This document shows, piece after piece, positions 1 to 12,879 of a stretch of 63,800 nucleotides of DNA. The DNA is taken from contig NC_068987.1 in NCBI RefSeq assembly GCF_001194135.2, positions 103,634,553 to 103,698,352 on the forward strand, given 5' to 3'. Made by a program: the position numbers and the translations under genes. Origin of the DNA: Octopus bimaculoides. Taxonomy: Eukaryota. Below the pieces are notes generated by a model. That model saw only the letters and a list, made by a program, of their open reading frames with translations, ran no database searches and was not told the DNA's origin. Position 1 is the first letter of the stretch. Each line of letters opens with the position of its first letter.

Positions 1-142
1 GGCTGGTTGGTTGGTTGGTTGGTTGGTTGGTTGGTTGGTTGGTTGGTTGGTTCATTTGTTGGTTGGTAGGCTGGCTGGCTGGCTGGCTGGGTGGCTGGGT
101 GGCTGGCTGGTTGGTTGGTTGGTTGGTCGGTTGGTTGGTTGG
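1..142. repeat. (GGTT)n/(GGCT)n tetranucleotide microsatellite
   Basis: Direct tandem GGTT units grading into GGCT units; explains the GWLV ORF. Confidence 0.95.
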
Positions 143-1020
143 TTATAGCTGCTGCATAGAATTGGTGCAGTTTGCTGTGCCAATGGTCTTAGTATTTGAT
201 GGAATGGCAGAAATTGAAGATAATGAGTCAAATTTGTGCGATTAAAGTTCGAATCTGTTGTCTGCTTATAAGCAATTCCAAAATGGTGAAGTAATAATGC
301 TTATTATTTCCTGCCGAGTTTTCAACTGGAAGAGCTATGAGTTGAAAAATATAAATAACGTGGGTTTTGTTGTGTAGAAAGTTAACAGAAATCGCGGGAA
401 TTTTATGGGATGAGACCGAAGGAGAAGAAAGGTCAACAGAGGACAAATAACTTTTAATGGTGGTTTATTTTCTTCAGTGGGGTTTAGTTTTATTGCGAAT
501 GCATTGTTTACATCAAAGGATGGATTTTTTATGAACCATGCACCTGAAAATGTGTCTGCATATATGTGTTTGTAAATACGCATGTATGCATGCGCATATG
601 AGCGTGTATGTGTGAGTGTGTGTATGCGCGTGTGTGTGGGAATGCGTGCGTGCGTACATGTGTGTGCGTGTGGTCGTGTGGGTAGAAAATTCGCTTCACA
701 GTCATGTCGCGAAGTCAAGATTCATTCGCATTGCTTTGAATCATTAAGGAGTCTTTTTCTGTGGTCACTGCTTTGATCCATGCCTTGTAAGTGAACTGTA
801 ACTGTATGAAAACCAGTCAGATGGTCTGTAATGATGGTAGTGTCTAGTAGTCTCAGAAAGATGGGTCTGCAATTTCTTGCTGAACAACCAGCACAAATTA
901 TTTGTTAATAGTAATCAAATGTATGCGCTGTGCATTAGCTCACTCCCTCCATCAAATCGATGTTGCCTGAACAGGTGTACAGTGTACTACACGTCAGGTG
1001 TTGAAGTGTTCGCTGAACAT

Positions 1021-1118
1021 GAAGTGTTTTGCTCAAGAACCCAATGCACCACTCGGTCCAGGAATTGAAACCGCTATCTCCCGATCGTGAGTGCAACTTC
1101 CTAACCACTAGGTCATGC
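1021..1118 (-). mobile_element. tRNA-derived SINE, family C (head plus CORE-like block), truncated
   Basis: Reverse strand reads GCATGACCTAGTGGTTAGG (A-box-like) ... GGTTTCAATTCC (B-box-like) ... GTTCTTGAGCAAAACACTTCA, the same head and core as the copies at 30726, 42737 and 44371. Confidence 0.8.
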
Positions 1119-1849
1119 ACCCTGACAGATGGACTATCCTTGTCATTCTAAATCCTGGCCTGTCACAAACTGTCTCATGCTTTCACGTTGTTCCCCTGAT
1201 TCTACAGAGGATTGCATTAATCGTCCATATGTCAGTGGATTACTCCGCCACTTACATTACGAGAAGTGTTGAAGTTCCTGGCTTTAAGGTTATCGCGAAA
1301 GGCTTGGTTGGAAGTCCAAACTTCCGAGTTCTTTTACAGAGTTTAGAAAAACTGAAGGACTGCTGCAATAAGTATGTGAATCTAAGAGGGGAATATGTTA
1401 AATAAAATCATAATTAACTGATCCTCTTCTATTTTCTTTTGCCCGAAGCCAGGAAATTTTCAGTACCCTCTCGTAATTCAATGAGTAGATAGCTCAGCTG
1501 ACCGAACACTATAATACCCATCGTCAAAACCAACATAAGAAGAGAATTTAGGGTGTGTCTGTGTTTGATACTTATGTAAGTTGTTATGCGTATTAAGTGA
1601 CGATAGCAATTAATTGTAGATTATCAGAGGAAACGTCTGATCTTGTAGTTTAGTAATTTCATTAGAAACGCAAATGTTACTACGAAAGTTGTGGTTGGAA
1701 TATAGTAAGGTGTTACAAGCAAATGGCACGATGTTTTTAAACAAATCAATACTAATATATATTTGCTGTATAGGGTCACCCTTAGTTATTATTTGTCATT
1801 TACTCAACAACCTATATCATTATTGTGTGTCCAAGAAATGTCTTCCAAA

Positions 1850-2260
1850 ATAAATAACGGCCTTCTCTTTAATAACCAAAAATATTTCGGTCCCGCTTCT
1901 CCAAATGTGACACTTTACAAAACTCGTGTGAGGAAACAATTAAGTTCTATGCCAACTGCAAACACAGATGTCGTAGACAACATCCAGAGAAAAGCTCAGA
2001 TTTACGGTCTCATCTGTCTGTTCTTTGGCTGTTCTAATAATGAGTTCTCTTCCTCGGAGTTGGCATTCTAAACCCACTTATATCTCATACTCTCATCATT
2101 CTTGTAATGTCCACTCCCTCTTAGGCCCTGCACTAAACACAATACCCAGACCCTTTCCACCAAAACACCGGAACCTAACATTTTCCTCCCCTCTCTCAGC
2201 TCATGTCTCCTACAGGTGTTGACTAACAGCAGTTTAAAGTGAACATTAACGGAATCATTC
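1850..2260 (+). mobile_element. Degenerate CR1/L2/Jockey-group LINE 3' (thumb) fragment
   Basis: Translation NNQKYFGPASPNVTLYKTRVRKQL...VVDNIQRKAQ resembles the KYF...TLYK..VR..LEY...LD.IQRKA thumb motif of APE-type LINEs; heavily decayed. Confidence 0.5.
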
Positions 2261-4656
2261 TCACCGACTTCGGTGGTGTAGGGCTACAAAGTCCATAGTC
2301 ACTACCCCATTGCCCAAAACCCAGTAAGTCAAAAAATGAGAAAAGAAAGAGATCTGTAAGTTATTTTTCGATGTTATCTACCAATTATTCGTAATTCTAT
2401 AGTAACAGTATTTCTGTTTGTAGTTTTTTAAATTGGTAAAAAGCAGAATCCTATGTAAAACAGCTGGTGGTCTGGGTCGCAGTTTTTTGACAAAAGAATA
2501 TAAATTTGACAAACGATCGTATTACATGCTACAGTGAATCTGATGGAGATTTAGGAGAGTACGCAATGATAATCACAGTTTGCGATCACACATTTCTTCG
2601 TTTTTTTTATGTTTAACCCAAATATTTTATAAAACAACTAGAAAACAAACACTGCAAAATGATTAGATATTTCTACATGTTGGAGCAATATTTACGAACG
2701 AATGTCCCTCGAGTAGACCACCAAAGATGTTACGGAATTCTGGGAAAGTTTGTTTAGTTTCAATAATCTTATAAATTATTATTATTATAGTTGTTATTGT
2801 TATTCTTGTTATAGCTGTTGTTGTTATTGTTGTTATTTCTGAAAATTATTTTTATCTTTTAATTTTTTCACATAACAGAGTGGGAAGCGATGTCTCGGAT
2901 GAGACATTTGAGATTACAAGGCATAGTGTGAAGTTTCGGATGAATAATTTCAAAACTAAAACTATACAACACACACATATGCATAAAATATGTGTGTGTA
3001 TCTGTGTGTGTCTGAGAGTATCTATGTGTGTGTATCTGTGTGTGTCTGAGAGTATCTATGTGTGTGTATCTGTGTGTATACGCAAACATATATTTATATA
3101 TGTATACTTAAATGTATCTTTATATATGTACATATATAATATATATATTCATGTGTGCGTATGCGTACGTGCATGCGTGTGTATATGTGTGTACGAGGTA
3201 TTGCCACCCTGTGCCGAATTTCTTTCATAAACATGATTTAAGTCTTTTGTCACAAATGACAAACACGACCAACTTGCTTTAATATTTATGGTTTTTTATC
3301 TGAGTGTATATAGATATGCGTACATAATTACGCGTATATAATTATAAATATATATATAGTTAAGGATGTGTGTGCATATGTTATTACACACACATACGTA
3401 CATGCATGCATACATACATATATCTATATGTATGTATGTATGTATGTATGTATNNNNNNNNNNNNNNNNNNNNNNNNNNNNNNNNNNNNNNNNNNNNNNN
3501 NNNNNNNNNNNNNNNNNNNNNNNNNNNNNNNNNNNNNNNNNNNNNNNNNNNNNNNNNNNNNNNNNNNNNNNNNNNNNNNNNNNNNNNNNNNNNNNNNNNN
3601 NNNNNNNNNNNNNNNNNNNNNNNNNNNNNNNNNNNNNNNNNNNNNNNNNNNNNNNNNNNNNNNNNNNNNNNNNNNNNNNNNNNNNNNNNNNNNNNNNNNN
3701 NNNNNNNNNNNNNNNNNNNNNNNNNNNNNNNNNNNNNNNNNNNNNNNNNNNNNNNNNNNNNNNNNNNNNNNNNNNNNNNNNNNNNNNNNNNNNNNNNNNN
3801 NNNNNNNNNNNNNNNNNNNNNNNNNNNNNNNNNNNTATATATATATATATATATATGCATTTAGTATTTATGCGTGTGTTTAAAGTAATGTATGCGTGTG
3901 AGTATAGTTGTGTTAGTTGTTTGTAAATGTTTGATGGTATAACATTTAATTATGTGTGAGTATATGTTTTTGCATATGTGTGTGTATGTGTGTGTGTGCG
4001 TGTGCGCGTATGTGTATGATTGGACTATTAAAATGCGCGTAGGAGAGTTTGTGTGTCAGTTTGACTATTAGCTCTCATACGATGAAATGTATATATATAC
4101 ATATATATAACTGTGTGTGCATGCATATATGTACGTATATATTTATGTATAAAGGATCAAGAAGTTGCATATAGCAAAGTGCGAAGTATTGAACATAATG
4201 AATTTACAGCTGATTTATATAATTTTTGACATTATAAACCCCTCGTCAATAGATTGCTAATATGAGTTTCGTGAATTTTCGAGTTGGCCGAACATATTAT
4301 CTGAGATATATTAACATACTTTGTTATCACTTCCTCACTACCCATGGAGATAAAAGACTTTATATCCCTCAAACTTAATATAAGTTGTAACTGCGTCACT
4401 GATATGAAGCAAGGCGTTCTACACCCCCTGAAACTTGTTGCTTATGTCGAAACAAGGAAACATTCCTGCTGAATGGATTCCGCAATGGAGAGGCTATCAT
4501 ATATGAGCCGGAGATTAAATCAATAGACCAGAATCTTGGCACCACATTGAAACATATTTATAAAACTGATGGACATTCAAAGAGATATTTTCAAACATTA
4601 TTCGCAAGTTATTTATCCGTGAACATAAAACATGCAATTAATATGCGGGGCAAAGA

Positions 4657-4858
4657 AGGCCGAAAGCCGGAAGAGTCATTAGTACGCCGAGCAGCATTTC
4701 GTCCGTCTTTACTTTCTGGGTTCAAATTCCGCTGAGGTCGAATTTGTTTTTCATCCTCTCGAGGTCGCTCAAATAAGTATCAGTTGAGCACTGAGGCCCG
4801 TATAATCGACTTACTTCCCTCGCCCGAAATTACCGGCTTTGTGCCAGAATTTAAAACC
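4657..4858 (+). mobile_element. tRNA-related SINE, family A
   Basis: GGGTTCAAATTCCGCTGAGGTCG...TTTCATCCTCTCGAGGTCG...AAATAAGTATCAGTT...TTGTGCCAGAATTTAAAACC matches the copies at 17677, 18449 and 51731. Confidence 0.85.
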
Positions 4859-5226
4859 TGTATGAAGAGTAACGCACAAAACAGACGTAAATGGGTTTTC
4901 TACTCAAAATGTATTTCGTAATTGACGCCTACAACCGTTGAAACATTACCCAAAATCTGAAGATAGAATCTCAACTTGCCTAACGACATATGAAATACAG
5001 TTTTTAGGAAACTTAGGTTTCTAGCATACAGTTAGTTTACTGTATGAGTTCCGGCTGTGTACAAGATGAGTTCAGATTCCGTCGTTATCAATTGTGTATT
5101 TCATCGTTTCCCGTTAAATAAATGAAGTATCAGTGCAATATACGGTTCGATTTTTCTCTCCTGCTCATTACGTTTATCCATCTGTCTGTCTCTCATTCTC
5201 TCTCATTCCTCCTACTTTCTCTCTTT

Positions 5227-5227
<1 letters not shown>

Positions 5228-5315
<88 letters not shown>

Positions 5316-5345
5316 CGCTCTATCTATCTATCTATCTACCTCTCT
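5228..5345. repeat. (CT)n then (CTAT)n microsatellite
   Basis: Direct tandem repeats. Confidence 0.95.
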
Positions 5346-5763
5346 ATCAATTAATCTTATCTCTTTCTGGAGGAAGACAGATCTGAGACAGGATAGGCAC
5401 CAACAGGCAAAAAGAAGCCAAATATTCAGTGCATATCACGAAGGTTTTCCCACGATTCCATTTGGATTCGAACTCCAAACGAATAGATTAGGAACAAATA
5501 CAGCGTCCATTACGTCATTCGCTCTGCCGATTCCAAAAACGGCTGCTCAAGACTTATTTAATATTTATCAACCGCAGAGGAACGAAAAGAAAATACGACA
5601 GAAGAGCGAATTGAAATAAGTACGAAAGACTATTTTTAAGGAATCTTTTTTTCACTAGCCATATTAACTGATGACTCTCAGTTAACTATTTCACACATAG
5701 AAAACTCATACAAACTCGGGCATACATATATACGCTTCATGCATATGTGTGTATGTGTTTGTG

Positions 5764-5838
<75 letters not shown>

Positions 5839-7260
5839 ATACATATATATATATGCGTGTGTGTGTGTACACACAAACACACAGAGGATGTAGGTACATA
5901 CATATGTATGCACGTGTGCATGGAAGATTGTGTATGTGTGTGTGTGTGTGTGTGTGTGCGTGTGTGTGTCCTGACTACAAGAGAAACATACTACACACCC
6001 AAACACATACAGGCATAAATAATATAAATTTTATAAGTTAAACAATATGGCATTGTGATTACAAAGGATTTATCACACGTGTGACAAACATGTCACCAGT
6101 TTACTTCAAACTGAGAAAAAAAATGGCGTAAAATTAAGACGTCGAAAAATTTCTCAGAAAGACAAATGGATGGAGTGTCCTAGAAACCTAGTTTCCAGTA
6201 GACATTTTCTTGTTTATGGGCTTTTGAGTGCAAGTGTGTTCGTTTGAAGGATATTATTACGTACGTGTATATGGATAAATCTATGTGATTTTCATATATT
6301 TCGCGTTCGTACGATTTTGGTCGATACCTCTAAATATAGTTATTTATATATATATATANNNNNNNNNNNNNNNNNNNNNNNNNNNNNNNNNNNNNNNNNN
6401 NNNNNNNNNNNNNNNNNNNNNNNNNNNNNNNNNNNNNNNNNNNNNNNNNNNNNNNNNNNNNNNNNNNNNNNNNNNNNNNNNNNNNNNNNNNNNNNNNNNN
6501 NNNNNNNNNNNNNNNNNNNNNNNNNNNNNNNNNNNNNNNNNNNNNNNNNNNNNNNNNNNNNNNNNNNNNNNNNNNNNNNNNNNNNNNNNNNNNNNNNNNN
6601 NNNNNNNNNNNNNNNNNNNNNNNNNNNNNNNNNNNNNNNNNNNNNNNNNNNNNNNNNNNNNNNNNNNNNNNNNNNNNNNNNNNNNNNNNNNNNNNNNNNN
6701 NNNNNNNNNNNNNNNNNNNNNNNNNNNNNNNNNNNNNNNNNNNNNNNNNNNNNNNNNNNNNNNNNNNNNNNNNNNNNNNNNNNNNNNNNNNNNNNNNNNN
6801 NNNNNNNNNNNNNNNNNNNNNNNNNNNNNNNNNNNNNNNNNNNNNNNNNNNNNNNNNNNNNNNNNNNNNNNNNNNNNNNNNNNNNNNNNNNNNNNNNNNN
6901 NNNNNNNNNNNNNNNNNNNNNNNNNNNNNNNNNNNNNNNNNNNNNNNNNNNNNNNNNNNNNNNNNNNNNNNNNNNNNNNNNNNNNNNNNNNNNNNNNNNN
7001 NNNNNNNNNNNNNNNNNNNNNNNNNNNNNNNNNNNNNNNNNNNNNNNNNNNNNNNNNNNNNNNNNNNNNNNNNNNNNNNNNNNNNNNNNNNNTACATTTT
7101 AAAAAAATAACGTCGACCACTAACGTGGACAATTAATGCGCTAGAAATAGATCACATCTTGTGTCTATTAAGACCTAAAAAGTTCTCAACATGAAATATA
7201 GCAGCATACCAAAAACGTGAGCGGGCAAGACATTTAAAATCACCTAAAAAAATCATTATT

Positions 7261-7326
7261 AAACAGGAACCAGATTTCGGATTTAACAAATTCTTACCAT
7301 TTGTCTATTCCTCATCAGCCTGATTT
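7261..7326 (-). ncRNA. Minimal type-I hammerhead-ribozyme-like motif
   Basis: Minus strand: aaatCAGG-CTGATGA-GGA...GACAAAT-loop-ATTTGTT...TCC-GAAA-T-ctg-G-TT-CCTGttt. Stem I is cagg/cctg, stem II is closed by G-C, and the cleavage triplet is GUU. Confidence 0.6.
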
Positions 7327-7460
7327 GTAATGTAACAGTAATTATCAGAATCGTATACATAGTTGCCCACCGCCATGGGTGCGCGTGCATATGGTTCTGC
7401 TAATTACAGCTTAATGATAAATATATTCCAGGAATTAGCGCGCCAAAACGAAGACTTTTG

Positions 7461-7720
7461 AATTTTACCACCCAACCTCTCCAACGCACCATTCTCCGAG
7501 CTTTCCGGCGACTCCAGTCCGACTCCACCACTTCACACAACTTCCCTAACCGAACCCCCTCCTCTCCTTCAAACGAGCCCATAACCTACGCGACCTCTTG
7601 ATCCATAGCTACTTCCCCAACCTCTCCCAACGCAGCACTCTCCCCCTGCTCCCGCCCACGCTGCCGCACTTGCCCTTATCTCTCTAACACCACACTCCTC
7701 ACCCGCACCCATCATCGACC
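7461..7720 (+). mobile_element. Penelope-like element fragment (RT-to-GIY-YIG linker with Cys knuckle)
   Basis: Frameshifted translation YHPT / LQRTILRAFRRLQSD...FP / PLLSFKRAHNLRDLLIHS / TLPCSRPRCRTCPYLSNTT gives the typical PLE linker motifs (P...F.R..NLRDLL; C-x4-C-x2-C). Confidence 0.85.
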
Positions 7721-8574
7721 CTATGATTTTTATGATTTAGGGCGTATTTTTACAATGTAGTTGCCATCTGTTTTCGTGAAATTTCTTTTAATTTTACCAG
7801 TTCGTCAGGGCAAAAGTCCTTCAAATAGCTCTTGCTTCCACAAGTGAAGCCACTACGTCTTCTGTCCTGCGCCAAGAATCTCATGTCCTTTGTTTCTGCA
7901 TCTGCAGCAGGGTACAGACCCTGTATAGCCCTATGGTTTTGAGGAGTTATGAGGACTTTTAAATTCATTCTGTTTCCATGCTGACCATATACCACCGTTC
8001 TCATTCTTGCACTGACCATCTGCTCTTACATCGATACAAAGGAGGCAGCAGATAAGGAGTTAATACCATTGCCGATATTCATGACCGGTGCTCTTGTATT
8101 TTTCTACTCCAAATACTAGAACACGAGTATATGGATGAGCATGTTTCTTTGGAGGGTGTGTTTTCAATTTCAAAACAACACAAATTGTTTCGTAGGACCC
8201 AGCTCACTAAAACAAAACGAGTTTTTCTCACACATAAAACAGAGCTTCTTTCATTAGCTATTTCGAGGGCATTTCAAAACCTCAGCCATTTATTAAGAGG
8301 AAGAGATACTTGAGTTTTTAGTTCTTTTTTTTGTTTTCTTTTGTTTTGCTTTGCCTTTATCTACTTATGTGCAGTCATCATATACAAAGGTTATTTTACG
8401 GGAGATGTCTCAGCTACATTGCCACCTTCCCCACTAAAAGATTCATATTCAAATATTTTGTATTGTCTAGAATGCTACTAAAGGAGTCATTGCATGCGAT
8501 ATATCGGTAATGTTTTCGTTTGGCAAGGCAGTTGTCGTTGTTGTTGCTGTTACTGTTGTTGTTGTTGCTGCTGC

Positions 8575-8605
<31 letters not shown>

Positions 8606-8984
8606 GATAAATAATATTCTAAATTTATTCAAATTGTCATTTTTTTTTCTTTGCTGTTAAAATTTTATTGTTTTCTTTTATGTTTAAGTTCAATATTAAT
8701 ATTCTGTTGTGCAATTAAATTTCTATTCTTTTTTTCTCTTCTGCTTAGGAATTGCTATTTTATTCATAGTCATTTTTTTCTCTTTTTAAGTGGGGGCGGC
8801 TGGCTCGGAATTTTTGTAGCCGTGTTTCGTTGAGCAGGCAAAGTGAAAAAGAATTAAGATTGTTCAAAACATCTGAATAAGTAGAATCCAAACTTTCCTA
8901 AACTATATGAATGCGAGTAGGTTTTTGCTTTGTTTCATGTACACTTTCTTAAAGCAAGAAATCCACATAAAATTATAGAGGACG

Positions 8985-9290
8985 AAAGAAACAGTGTAAG
9001 ATCATAAACATTGCAATACCATCTGATAATAGAATAAAATCCAAAGGAATTGAAACATTTGAGAGATAATGAGACACAGCTAGAGAGTTGAAGTGACTGT
9101 GGGAAAGTGAGAGGACAATTATCTCTATGCTAATTGGTGCACTTGATACAACACCTAATCTGTTACCTAGCGGCCAAAGGATATTGAAATTCAGACTCAC
9201 ATTGTCGACCTGCAGAAAAGTGCAAAAATCTTGTATTCTGCAAGAAATCCTAAGTTATACTTGAAATCTGAGGACACCTGCTCTCACCAA
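8985..9290 (+). mobile_element. R4/Dong-like RLE LINE fragment (endonuclease C-terminal part)
   Basis: IINIAIPSDNRIKSKGIETFER**DTARELK*LWESERTIISMLIGALD ... DLQKSA matches the IIDIAIP.D...KE.EK..KY.DL..E...LW...P.VIGALG...LQK RLE consensus, with stops. Confidence 0.7.
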
Positions 9291-9346
9291 ATCTTAAGAT
9301 AACATCCCATGCTAAGGATTCTGCCAGCTCATCGCCTTAAAAAAAA

Positions 9347-9429
<83 letters not shown>

Positions 9430-9446
9430 TGATGATGATAATAATA
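9347..9446. repeat. (TAA)n/(TGA)n microsatellite
   Basis: Direct tandem repeats. Confidence 0.95.
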
Positions 9447-9704
9447 GTATCCATTGGCCCAGGATTGAGTTCAACACTGGGGTCTAACGAAACTAACAGA
9501 GCTGACAAGCCAACTATAAGAAGGAATAAAACGCAAAAGCTGTAATTTGCATTACGATTTTCCTTAGACACCCGACTGTTTAGGTAACTTCCAGAATTTC
9601 TAAATATTCCAGTTCTTATTCGGTGTAACATACAATTAATCATCTCAATCTACTTGAGTTTGATATTGTAAAAGAATATCTGGTACTTAATGTATCGACC
9701 CCGA

Positions 9705-10400
9705 AATTATGTCAAACGCGGTTACAATGAATCACGATTAAAGGAAATAGAAAACGACATAGCTAAGATTAGCAAAGGAACTCAAACCTTCACGCATAAT
9801 TTTAGAAAACAAAGTACAATATATGATAGAATTCCTTTAGAGATTGACTGGCACCGAATTTTCGCTGGGATCTCAAAAGTGTTACATGAAAGTTACCAGC
9901 ATGTTGCGGAAAAATATCCTCGTTTCAAACAAATATTTCCTCGGTCGCCTATTATAGCCTTTAGACGGAAAAGAAATATAAGTGAACTATTAACCTCTAC
10001 CTCTGACACCAAGAAAACTAACATTGGAGTTTCTGTATGCTGTACCTTGAAAAACAGCCGCAAGAGAAGTAAGCCCTGTTCATTGTGCAACAACATAAGT
10101 CAAGTGAATTCCATCAGGAACCATAACAGAAATGTTATGATCTATACGAAAAGTGAGACGTGTAGAGATTCCCATTTGGTGTATGCAGCAGAATGCACGA
10201 AACTCAATTTGATTTATGTTGGTTGTACAACAGAAAAATTAAACAAAAGATTCAATATGACGTCAAGCACAATAATAATAGTTCGACAGAACTTACCGAA
10301 CACTTTGTGTCAAACAGCTGCAATTTTGAAAAGGACTTGAAAGTGCATATTCTGAGAAGCTATTCTGAATCTGCTACACTTTCAGTACTCAAAATGCATG
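9705..10400 (+). mobile_element. Penelope-like element pseudo-ORF: RT C-terminus, linker and GIY-YIG endonuclease
   Basis: ORF 9690-10340: VKRGY...FPRSPIIAFRRKRNISELL...PCSLC...LVYAAECTKLNLIYVGCTTEKLNKRFN. After a frameshift near 10255 it continues YDVKHNNNSSTELTEHFVSNSCNFEKDLKVHIL, the GIY-YIG C-terminal half. The ORF start lies in a short SINE-A remnant (GGTACTTAATGTATCGACCCCGAAA). Confidence 0.9.
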
Positions 10401-10404
10401 AGGT

Positions 10405-10825
10405 GAATAAAAAATAAAGAACAGACATGATAATCGACATAGCATGTCCCGGTGACAACAGGAACAAAGAGAAAGAAGCATAAAAACTGAACAAATACGA
10501 CGATTTGAAATGGGTGGTGTGGGAAATACGAAGGTTACGGTCAATGAAGAAAATAGACGTGATACCAATAGTAATTCACGTGCTTGGAAATATCATCGCT
10601 CAACTACCAGCATTGCTCAAAAAGCTTTGTACAAATGCAAAGGTAGAACGCCTACAAAAATCAGTCTTTCTTGGAACTACAAGAACTCTTTACAGGATTC
10701 TTGAAGCATGATCTGTAAACAAGTGTCACCGTAGTCTGATGGCTGTGGACAGCTGACACTTTCCATCATAGCCAGCAAAATATGCTGTGAGTTTTCATCA
10801 AATAAGGATAGTAATAATAATAATA
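10405..10825 (+). mobile_element. R4/Dong-like LINE 3' end (RLE C-terminus, 3' UTR, TAA tail)
   Basis: MIIDIACPGDNRNKEKEA*KLNKYDDLK / WEIRRLRSMKKIDVIPIVIHVLG...LQKSVFLGTTRTLYRILEA*, then about 100 bp of UTR ending in GTAATAATAATAATAA. Confidence 0.85.
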
Positions 10826-10829
10826 AATC

Positions 10830-11050
10830 ACCAGAAACAAGAGGGTTTACTAACAATTGTAAAACAGTTTAGTGGTGTCATCAGGATAGAATTTAGCCTA
10901 GATAAATGCACGAAATCAACCTTTATCAGGGGGAAAATGATAGAAACATCTAACGTTACACTTTACCAACAGAATGTTATAAAGCAGTTAGAACCAGAGG
11001 AGGGTTAGAAATACTTAAGGTGCTATGAAGGTGGTGGAATTAAACATTCA
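10830..11050 (+). mobile_element. R4/Dong-like LINE RT fragment (domains 6-7)
   Basis: QEGLLTIVKQFSGVIRIEFSLDKCTKSTFIRGKMIETSNVTL...IKQLEPEEG*KYL matches FS.DI.MEFGLDKC...RGK...YKYLG. Confidence 0.85.
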
Positions 11051-11739
11051 TTTTCGCACGAAGGAGTTTGTTAGTGTGTTAATAATTCTTTAAATTCTGA
11101 ATGATATTGCTACTAGTACCCAACAATCTTTGATTGTTAACGACTCTGCTATCTGAAATCACCCGAGATCGATCGATATACTCTATTGTTTATTCATGCA
11201 AAAGTTCCTACTCTCGAGGCTATGTTTAGAAGTGAATGCATTCACGAGACAATGGAAAGACCACAAGTAGTAAGAACAGGCTCTCCAGGAAGTATCGGCT
11301 AAAGTTCTCTTAATTCAAAAAGGCAAGTTCCTTTTTCTGCAGCCTGTGGCCATCCTAAGAATTGGGAGTTAAAGAAGGGAAATGAAACTACAAGGACGTC
11401 CAGCAAGCAAGCGCTTTCCTTTGCTGTGTCACGATTCTTGTATGCCTTTAGTAGAACGTTCTGCATTGCAATCAAGTGAGCCAGACTTGTGCTTGTCACG
11501 CAGATCTTGAGGAAGTATTTGAGTAACGCCCTTCATATTCTAAGTTATAAAAATAGTCTTTATTTTCCGTAGCTACCTCCGCTCTCTCATAGCTGTTCCT
11601 GATCATCCAATTCTCCAAGTCTAACATGCTTTTATTACCATTGTTGTATCCTACACACACGCACATGCATACATATATATATATACACACAACATACACA
11701 ACACACACACACAAATACACAAACGCATACACACACACA

Positions 11740-11779
11740 TGTATAACATGCTTTCATTAGCATGTTGGCACCGTATATA

Positions 11780-11842
<63 letters not shown>

Positions 11843-12060
11843 ATACATATGTGTGTGTATATATTGTGTATATAACTATATGTGTATTTATATGAATATA
11901 TCTAAAGATGTGCATATGCATATACATATCGAAGTATACACCTGCATATTTATGTATGTATGTTTGCGCGTGTGTGTCTGTGTCTGTGTTTCTGTGTGTC
12001 TGTGTCTGTGTGTCTGTGTCTGTGTGTCTGTGTGTGTGTATACGTGTGTACATACATATT
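11740..12060. repeat. (TA)n, TATG and (TGTGTC)n compound microsatellite
   Basis: Direct tandem repeats. Confidence 0.9.
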
Positions 12061-12816
12061 TGTCTTAGTCGGTTCTCGTTTGTGACAAACTGTCTGTAAG
12101 GCAAAAAAAAAGACAACATCCCAACTCTATTTGTACTGTTTTCTTTATATCCTGTTCAAGCACAACTTCGTTCATTTCCGATGATACGAGATTTGTCGCG
12201 TAGAATATTTGAATTAGTTTTTTTGTTCTCTTATTTTTTAATGTTTTTCTTTTGCATTTTTGTTTTGGCTTTTTTGCTTTTTTTTTGTATTTTCCTTTTT
12301 GTTCGTTTTATTTTGTTTTTGTTTTTGTCTTGCTCTTGGGGTAGGGCTGGTGCTTTTAACATAAGATAAATGTTCGCATTCACCTTATATATAACCTTTG
12401 GCGAAATCGTAAGTATGTCGTTTATTTAGCTTTATGCACATCTTTTTTTATATATTTTAAAATAGACTTTTGTCAAATTATCTTTTGGTGTTGTTGGAGG
12501 CTTAGGTTTGATTTTCTATGGTATTGATTCAATTTATAGTCTGTTTAACGTGTTTTACACCTTGTGGTTAGCGGTCGATCAGTGTAAATATTGGGTATAC
12601 ACAACACGTGTTAGTTTAAGAACGATCCAATGCAAAAAGGAAATTTGATGTATTACCGAGGTTTCGTTTCGTTGGTTTTGACGGCTTTTGCATTTTTGTG
12701 GAGATGTTAATGGATATTAGTGAAGCTGTGAAACTAGCGTTTTATAGCGTTATTTACCACAGGCTTCCACTTTCATTGTATTTCTTTTGTTGTTCTTGTT
12801 GTTCTTGCTGTTGTTA

Positions 12817-12879
<63 letters not shown>

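Noticed and set aside
1130-1400. Minus-strand H*HMDD string resembling an RT active site
   Set aside because: It is a single short motif flanked by stops, with no other RT motifs aligned.
5462-5480. B-box-like GAGTTCGAATCC on the minus strand
   Set aside because: No A box or SINE core is nearby.
5660-5685. CTGATGA inside a small hairpin (TTAACTGA...TCAGTTAA)
   Set aside because: No GAAA half-core follows.
7750-8019. 89-aa minus-strand ORF, with a CCRCRNKGH string in another frame
   Set aside because: There is no recognisable domain, the knuckle lacks the last Cys, and the other frames are closed. Left unassigned.
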